Of a DNA stretch of 64,000 bases, positions 58,686 to 64,000 are shown piece after piece; position 1 is the stretch's first letter, and each line of letters opens with the position of its first letter. Made by a program: the position numbers and the translations under genes. The notes below the pieces were generated by a model that worked only from the letters and a program-made list of their open reading frames with translations, was not told where the DNA came from and made no database searches. Source of the DNA: an archaeon (GTDB lineage Archaea > Micrarchaeota > Micrarchaeia > Anstonellales > Bilamarchaeaceae); the NCBI GenBank assembly GCA_020053355.1, contig JAGVNI010000007.1, positions 70,838 to 134,837 on the forward strand, read 5' to 3'.

Positions 58686-60035
58686 CTAGACGACCTTCAT
58701 GTCTCCCATCCCTGGGATGCCGCCCTTCATCATCTTCTCCATCTTCTTGCGGAAGCCGCGGTTCCTCTTGAACATGGTCATCATCTTCTCCATCTTCTCG
58801 AACTGCGAGAGGAACTCGCGCACCTCCTTTTCCGTGCATCCGCTTCCTTTTGCGATGCGGGCGAGGCGTGCCGGATTGCTTTTCAGGAGCGAGGCGTCCT
58901 TCTTCTCGGCCTTGCTCATGGAGTTGATCATGGACTCGAACTTCTTCAATTTCTCCTCGCTCTGCTGCACCATCTCTTTCGGAACATCCGCTGCCCCAAG
59001 CATGGAGAATATGTTTCCAAGGGGCCCGAGCTTCTTCGCGGCTTTAAGCTGCTCATAGAACGTCTCAATGGTCAGCTCCTCCCCCTCCAGTTTCGACATG
59101 TCCGTGTCTTTCTGGATTTCCTTGATTTTCTCCATCAAAGCCCCGATGTCCGGGACGCCAAGGAGCCGGCCCACGAACTTTTCCGAGTTGTACGTCTCGA
59201 AATCCGCGGGCTTTTCGCCAATCCCCACAAACGAGATTTTTGAACTGGATGCCGCGACGGAGCTGAGCGCGCCTCCACCCTTTCCGGAGCCGTCCATCTT
59301 CGAGACAATCACCCCAGACAGCGGCACTGCGCTGTTGAACTCCGTCGCCTGCTTTCCGGCAATCTGCCCGATGTCCGCGCTGACGACCAGGTAGCATTCA
59401 TCAGGTTTAAGAATTCCGGCTATGCCGCGCAGCTCCTCGACAAGGTGGCCGTCGAACGCGTTCCTGCCGGCCGAATCTATGATTAGTATGTCTTCTTTGG
59501 ACCTCTTCACCGCATCTGCCGCGATGATGGACGGGTCCTTCTCGCCTTTAATGGTATAGAACGCGGCCCCCACCTGCTTTGACAGCTGCTCGAGCTGCTC
59601 CTGCGCCGCCGGCCTGTCCGTGTCGGCTCCTACGAGGGCGACAGAAAGCCCCCTCGTCTTGTAATAATGGGCGATTTTCGCGCATGTCGTGGTCTTTCCG
59701 CTGCCATAAAGGCCGCACATCAGTATCCGGTGCCTATCAAGGCGCGGGGTGTAGCTCGCGCCCATCAGCGAGACAAGCTCCTCGTAGACGATTTTCGTCA
59801 CATGCTCCTTGAGGCTGAGGGCTTCGAGCTTGTCGGTCTTGAGGGCCCGCTCCTCAATCCTTTTGGAAAGCGCCAGGACCAATTTGACATTGACATCAGA
59901 GGAAATCAGCACGCGCTGGAGGTCCTTGATGAGCGCCTTGACGTCGTCCGCGTCCACATACGGCTTGCCTGTCAATTTGGCTAACGCTTCCCTGAGTTTT
60001 TTCCCTAGGTCCATAGCGCATCCCCAATTGCCCAA
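58686..60035 (-). CDS. srp54: Signal recognition particle protein SRP54
   Basis: An N domain, a G domain (MCGLYGSGKTTT, DTAGR) and an M domain with a Met-rich C-terminus. Confidence 0.95.
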   Translation of the reverse strand: MGNWGCAMDLGKKLREALAKLTGKPYVDADDVKALIKDLQRVLISSDVNVKLVLALSKRIEERALKTDKLEALSLKEHVTKIVYEELVSLMGASYTPRLDRHRILMCGLYGSGKTTTCAKIAHYYKTRGLSVALVGADTDRPAAQEQLEQLSKQVGAAFYTIKGEKDPSIIAADAVKRSKEDILIIDSAGRNAFDGHLVEELRGIAGILKPDECYLVVSADIGQIAGKQATEFNSAVPLSGVIVSKMDGSGKGGGALSSVAASSSKISFVGIGEKPADFETYNSEKFVGRLLGVPDIGALMEKIKEIQKDTDMSKLEGEELTIETFYEQLKAAKKLGPLGNIFSMLGAADVPKEMVQQSEEKLKKFESMINSMSKAEKKDASLLKSNPARLARIAKGSGCTEKEVREFLSQFEKMEKMMTMFKRNRGFRKKMEKMMKGGIPGMGDMKVV

Positions 60036-60081
60036 AACATTTTTTAGCAGCTAGGTATTTACTCTATTCCATATCCGGGGA

Positions 60082-60585
60082 TTGTTCATGGCGAATGCGA
60101 ATGGAGGCGCGGAGCATCAGGCGGCGTTCCGGCTAGCTGCGGCGGCGCTCGGCCTTGCCCTCACGCTCACCTCGATTGCCTATAACCGGACTTCGCTTGC
60201 TGTTTTCGTGAATGACGCGCTGATGTTTCCCATATACCTTGTCATGACAGTCATCCTGGCGCCCTTCCTGCTCATCAGCCGTGCCCTCCCATTCCTTCCT
60301 CCGTCGTTTGCTGTGGCGCTGGGCATGCTCGGGATCTTTTTCGGAATCCATTGCCTCTCGAGGTATCTCCCAATCTGGCAGTACCTTGTCAAGGCCCTCG
60401 AAATATTCCTGGAAATCATACTTAGCGGCTTTCTGGCCTTCTGTGCGATATTGGTCCTGTTCCCCCTCGCTATTTGGGCCGGGCAGGATTTCGACATGAC
60501 GATAATGTTCGCGGGCTTGCTTTTCCTCTCTTCCGCAAGTAGCATCCCCGGACGAATCATATCGTTCCTGCATTCCCTCGCTTAG
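60082..60585 (+). CDS. Hypothetical membrane protein (167 aa)
   Basis: Four hydrophobic helices. Confidence 0.45.
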   Translation: MFMANANGGAEHQAAFRLAAAALGLALTLTSIAYNRTSLAVFVNDALMFPIYLVMTVILAPFLLISRALPFLPPSFAVALGMLGIFFGIHCLSRYLPIWQYLVKALEIFLEIILSGFLAFCAILVLFPLAIWAGQDFDMTIMFAGLLFLSSASSIPGRIISFLHSLA

Positions 60586-60595
60586 GCGCGGATTC

Positions 60596-61489
60596 TCAAG
60601 GCGTGATGTCCTTGGTGCGGCTGAGGGCGTAAAGGAGGGCAATCGCGATGATTGCGCGCGCTACCTCTGCAATTAAGGAAATGACTGGCCAGGGCACGGC
60701 CAGGGTGTTGTGGATCGTGAATGCCACGGTGGCCGCAAGGTAAACGCCCGCGAACAGGCCCGCTGCTTCCGTATCCAGCTTTCTTCCCAGGGCGTGATAG
60801 AGAATCACGAAGGCGAATATGAAATCGCGTATGAGCGCCACAACCATCGAGCCGTCGAATTCCCAGGCCTGGACGTTGCCCAGCTGATAATCCAGTGCGA
60901 AAATCACGGCTTGGTCGAGAAGGAATAATATTATCGCAAAAGCAAATGCGTTTCCTATCGCATTCTTTATCCGCACGGGCTTGAACTCCAGGACGAGGAG
61001 GAGCCAGAAGTAACCCATTGCCGCGCCGGCTCCCATACTTAGAAGCTCGCCGGCGAAGAGGGGGAGGCCGAACAGCGGGAACATCTCCAGAACCTGGCTC
61101 CCATCCCCATAACCTCCGGAGAATGCCATCGTTTCGACAGCCTGGGCTGCGAACAAAAACGCGAATATGATGATGCATACCGAGGCGGAAATGATGAACG
61201 AAGCGGCCGAGACCGAGCGGCAGAACGCCACATCGCGTTTCATCTTCGCGATGCCTCCGGCTTCAAGAATCAGGTACGAGATTACCGGCCCGCTCACAAC
61301 TGAGAGGATGGTGGTCACATACACGCTGGCCCAGACGATGTTTTCCGGGGCCAAGCCGCCTGTTGCCGCAAACGCGACTGCCAGCGAAAGGAGCATGATG
61401 CCGGTTGCCAGTATGATGAAGAGGACCGCCACTAGGATGATATGCTCCAGCCGGACATCCACTTCCCTCTTGGCAATTGTGAATTTCAT
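60596..61489 (-). CDS. Hypothetical polytopic membrane protein (297 aa)
   Basis: 7-8 predicted TM helices. No family recognised. Confidence 0.5.
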   Translation of the reverse strand: MKFTIAKREVDVRLEHIILVAVLFIILATGIMLLSLAVAFAATGGLAPENIVWASVYVTTILSVVSGPVISYLILEAGGIAKMKRDVAFCRSVSAASFIISASVCIIIFAFLFAAQAVETMAFSGGYGDGSQVLEMFPLFGLPLFAGELLSMGAGAAMGYFWLLLVLEFKPVRIKNAIGNAFAFAIILFLLDQAVIFALDYQLGNVQAWEFDGSMVVALIRDFIFAFVILYHALGRKLDTEAAGLFAGVYLAATVAFTIHNTLAVPWPVISLIAEVARAIIAIALLYALSRTKDITP

Positions 61490-61541
61490 CAGCGGAAAAT
61501 ATGCACGATAGGCGATAAAAAGGTATCCCGGGCGTTTCCCC

Positions 61542-62048
61542 CTACCAGCTCGTTATCGTGCCGTACTTCACATCCGCCTTCTCGAGCACGATGTCCGCGA
61601 ACCTGCGCTCTATCGGTATCACCGAATCGCGCATCCGGAGGAGGTGTATCAGCTGGAGGTCCTTATCCGGGACCGTTCCCCTTGCGGCCATGCCGCTCAG
61701 GCATTCATGCGCGTATGCGAGCGAGCACTTGACCAGCGGTTCGGGAATCTCTCGTGAAAGCGCGTCCCGGAGGACCGGCAGGACCTCATCCAGCCCCACC
61801 CTCGCGGCGACTAGTGCGGCCGCGCACCTCGCTTCGACGGAGTCCATGTCCTGTTCGCGGTACCCGTCCCCGCGTATCAGGGCCGTAATCCTCATCATCT
61901 CGCCCGGGCGGAGCGGTCGCCTGTCTATTTCCCCGATTACTGCGTACCCGAGGAATCCCGGCGCCCTTTTTCTCGAGAAATCGAAAAACTCATCCAATGA
62001 AACCGGCCTCCCGTCCGCCGGCTTTGCCTTTTGGTGAACATTTGACAT
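61542..62048 (-). CDS. Hypothetical protein (168 aa)
   Basis: Complete ORF. No family recognised. Confidence 0.45.
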   Translation of the reverse strand: MSNVHQKAKPADGRPVSLDEFFDFSRKRAPGFLGYAVIGEIDRRPLRPGEMMRITALIRGDGYREQDMDSVEARCAAALVAARVGLDEVLPVLRDALSREIPEPLVKCSLAYAHECLSGMAARGTVPDKDLQLIHLLRMRDSVIPIERRFADIVLEKADVKYGTITSW

Positions 62049-62079
62049 AAACTAACATTAATTATAAGTAAATAAAAAC

Positions 62080-63405
62080 CTACCAGTAGAGCCATGCCAG
62101 GAGCGCCAGCAGCAGGATGCCCGCCACCGTGACGATGAGGCCGGATTTCACCATGTCCCACACGCTGATGTAGCCGGTCGAATACGAAATCGCGGACGGC
62201 GGCGTTCCTACGGGGAAGATGAAATCGAGCGAAGTGCCTATGCCTGCAAGCACGCCGAGCTGTTTCAACCCGAAGCCGAGGGCTTTTGCCAGCGGGATGA
62301 CGATGGGGACAATCAGCGCGGCTGTGGCGGTGTTCGACGCGCTGAGAGTCAGGATGACCGTGAATGCGAGCACGGATACGTACAGGAGCAGCGTCGCCTG
62401 GCCGGTGACGAATCCCACCAGCAGGCCGCCCAGGTATAATCCCAGCCCTGAGGACTCAATAGCCGCGCCGAGGCTGAGGCCGCCTCCGAACATCAACAGC
62501 GATGCCCAATCTATCTTGGACATGTCGCTTGTTTCGAGCAGGCCCAGCGCGTACAGGATGACGACCGCGCAGATGGCGATTGTAGCATCGGCAACGTTAT
62601 GCACCGAAACGCTCACCCAGGCGGCAATCGTCAGCAGGGATACTGCGAGCACCAGTTTCTGCTCCAACGAATACGGTTCGGGCTCATCATCCAGCCCGAC
62701 CTTTTTCACTTCCGGCGGGAACACCCGGAGCAGTATCGCCCAGGTTATCGGCAGGAAGATGACCACGAAAGGCATCGCGAGGTAGCTCCACTCGAAGAAC
62801 GACACCTGCACGCCCTCGGCCGCCAGGTCGGCGACAGTGATTCCGTTCGGCGGCGTCCCGACTATGGTGCCAATGCCTCCGATTGTGGAAGCGAAGGAAA
62901 TCGCAAGCACGAGCGCCTTGGCATAATTCGATTTTCGCTTCTCCATCTTCCCTTTCTTTATTACGTATAGCGTTATCGGGAGCATTATGGCGGTCGCGGC
63001 CGTGTTGGCCATCCAGAGCGAAAGGAACGCGGTCACGCACATCAGCCCGAGGAGGAAGAGCTTCGGGTCATGCCCGAAGCGGGAGAGGAACCTCCTCGCT
63101 ATCTGCTGGTCGAGGCCGTGCTTCTCCAGCGCCCGCGCTATCACGAAGCCGCCGAAAAAGAGCACTATTGTCGGGGCGAAATATGGCGAAAAGGCGTCCT
63201 TGGGCGGCGTCCCTGCAAAAATCAGGAGCACAGTCGCTAGGAGCGCGGTCGCATGGAGCGGGATTGCCTCGGTGAACCACATCACGCCGGTGAAAACTGA
63301 TATTGCCAGGACTGCCTGCGCCTTCGCGTCGATGCCCAGCGGAATTACGAGCATCAGGAGGGCAAGGATGACTGAGAGAGCGATTGCCCAAAGACGTGCT
63401 GCCAT
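62080..63405 (-). CDS. DASS/ArsB-NhaD superfamily anion:Na+ symporter-like transporter
   Basis: The start is taken at MAARLWAIALSVIL. An AT-rich TTTTTTAAA element lies about 45 nt upstream. The listed ORF's first 170 aa look non-coding. Confidence 0.6.
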   Translation of the reverse strand: MAARLWAIALSVILALLMLVIPLGIDAKAQAVLAISVFTGVMWFTEAIPLHATALLATVLLIFAGTPPKDAFSPYFAPTIVLFFGGFVIARALEKHGLDQQIARRFLSRFGHDPKLFLLGLMCVTAFLSLWMANTAATAIMLPITLYVIKKGKMEKRKSNYAKALVLAISFASTIGGIGTIVGTPPNGITVADLAAEGVQVSFFEWSYLAMPFVVIFLPITWAILLRVFPPEVKKVGLDDEPEPYSLEQKLVLAVSLLTIAAWVSVSVHNVADATIAICAVVILYALGLLETSDMSKIDWASLLMFGGGLSLGAAIESSGLGLYLGGLLVGFVTGQATLLLYVSVLAFTVILTLSASNTATAALIVPIVIPLAKALGFGLKQLGVLAGIGTSLDFIFPVGTPPSAISYSTGYISVWDMVKSGLIVTVAGILLLALLAWLYW

Positions 63406-63555
63406 GCCACTAAATCCCGGAAAAACAATAAAACTAGTGCCCCTCGCTAGTTTTTTAAACATTTTTACGGATATGACTTGAATACAATACGAATTATATC
63501 GGATCAAATGATCAATGTCAAAACTAGGATTCGAACTATTTAGAGGTGAAACAGT

Positions 63556-64000
63556 ATGACGAAACAGGTAAACGGAGATCAGGTCTATGTGCTTCCGGAA
63601 GGGTCCCAGAGGGTTCTGGGAAGGGACGCGATGAGAATCAACATCGCAATCGGCTATGCAGTGGCCAACATCGTCAAGACGACTCTCGGCCCCAAAGGCA
63701 TGGACAAGATGCTTGTCTCGGATTTGGGCGACATCGTGATAACCAATGACGGCGCCACAATCCTCGAGGAGATGAACGTCGACCACCCGGCCGCGAAGCT
63801 GATGGTCGAAATCGCGAAGACGCAGGACAAGGAGGTCGGCGACGGCACCACGACCTCGGTCGTGATTGCAGGCAACCTCCTCTACCGGGCCGGAGAACTT
63901 CTGAATCAGGGCATCCACCCGACTGTGATAATCAAGGGCTACGAGCTCGCCTCGAAAAAGGCCGAGGATGCGCTTGCCAAGCTCGCCGATCCGGTGAAGC
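63556..64000 (+). CDS. Thermosome (group II chaperonin) subunit. The N-terminal part of the gene continues beyond the window.
   Basis: [11 protein letters not shown]...ITNDGATIL...[14 protein letters not shown] is the chaperonin ATP-binding signature. A GAGGTGA Shine-Dalgarno sequence lies 8 nt upstream. Confidence 0.9.
   Translation, partial: MTKQVNGDQVYVLPEGSQRVLGRDAMRINIAIGYAVANIVKTTLGPKGMDKMLVSDLGDIVITNDGATILEEMNVDHPAAKLMVEIAKTQDKEVGDGTTTSVVIAGNLLYRAGELLNQGIHPTVIIKGYELASKKAEDALAKLADPVK

Noticed and set aside
63406-63918. N-terminal extension (about 170 aa) of ORF 62080..63918.
   Set aside because: The extension is non-membrane and Asp/His-rich, unlike the transporter body. A promoter-like AT-rich box sits inside it, so an internal Met start at 63405 is preferred.

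Overview
This 64-kb window is a high-GC (about 60%) archaeal chromosome segment. The gene content looks euryarchaeal, perhaps Thermoplasmata- or Methanomassiliicoccales-like. It carries gyrB-gyrA, a family-B DNA polymerase, an archaeal CCA-adding enzyme, Pus10, GGGP synthase with geranylgeranyl reductase, SRP54, RpoK/Rpo6, dCTP deaminase, PurD, PyrE, FolC, an aCPSF-like beta-CASP RNase, NurA- and NreA-like repair proteins, the start of a thermosome gene, and several transporters (CPA2 antiporter, 2-TM K+ channel, CDF, DASS). One tRNA-Gly(GCC) is present. I found no rRNA, CRISPR array, transposase or integrase.

The most unusual region is a 4.7-kb AT-rich island (about 43% GC) at 4651-9395, between gyrB and a DUF1801 gene. 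It is packed with small genes of defence or toxin-antitoxin character:
- a Panacea (DUF4065)-like protein next to a 235-aa unknown protein;
- a 371-aa PD-(D/E)xK nuclease-fold protein;
- a palindromic operator followed by a two-gene cassette (52 aa and 96 aa) joined by an ATGA overlap, the 52-aa gene absent from the ORF track;
- an operon led by a ribbon-helix-helix gene, followed by a 75-aa tail-anchored protein coupled by ATGA overlap to a 362-aa protein whose N-terminus loosely resembles the TGT/DpdA substrate-pocket motif.

Other notable points:
- a four-gene operon with 4-nt overlaps throughout: K+ channel, ThiF/E1-like, a small protein, and a PHP phosphoesterase;
- a VirB4/HerA-like ATPase cluster with a heavily N-glycosylated membrane protein, reminiscent of a Ced/type-IV-like transporter;
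- a Na+/H+ antiporter fused to a GNAT domain;
- a protein made of three tandem excisionase-type HTH domains;
- a tRNA-Gly followed by two extra copies of its 3' end, which look like att-site scars;
- a repeat-rich 640-bp intergenic region at about 55.5-56.1 kb;
- a 40-aa uORF that duplicates the purD start context.

Many antisense ORFs in the track lie inside well-supported genes and I treat them as spurious.
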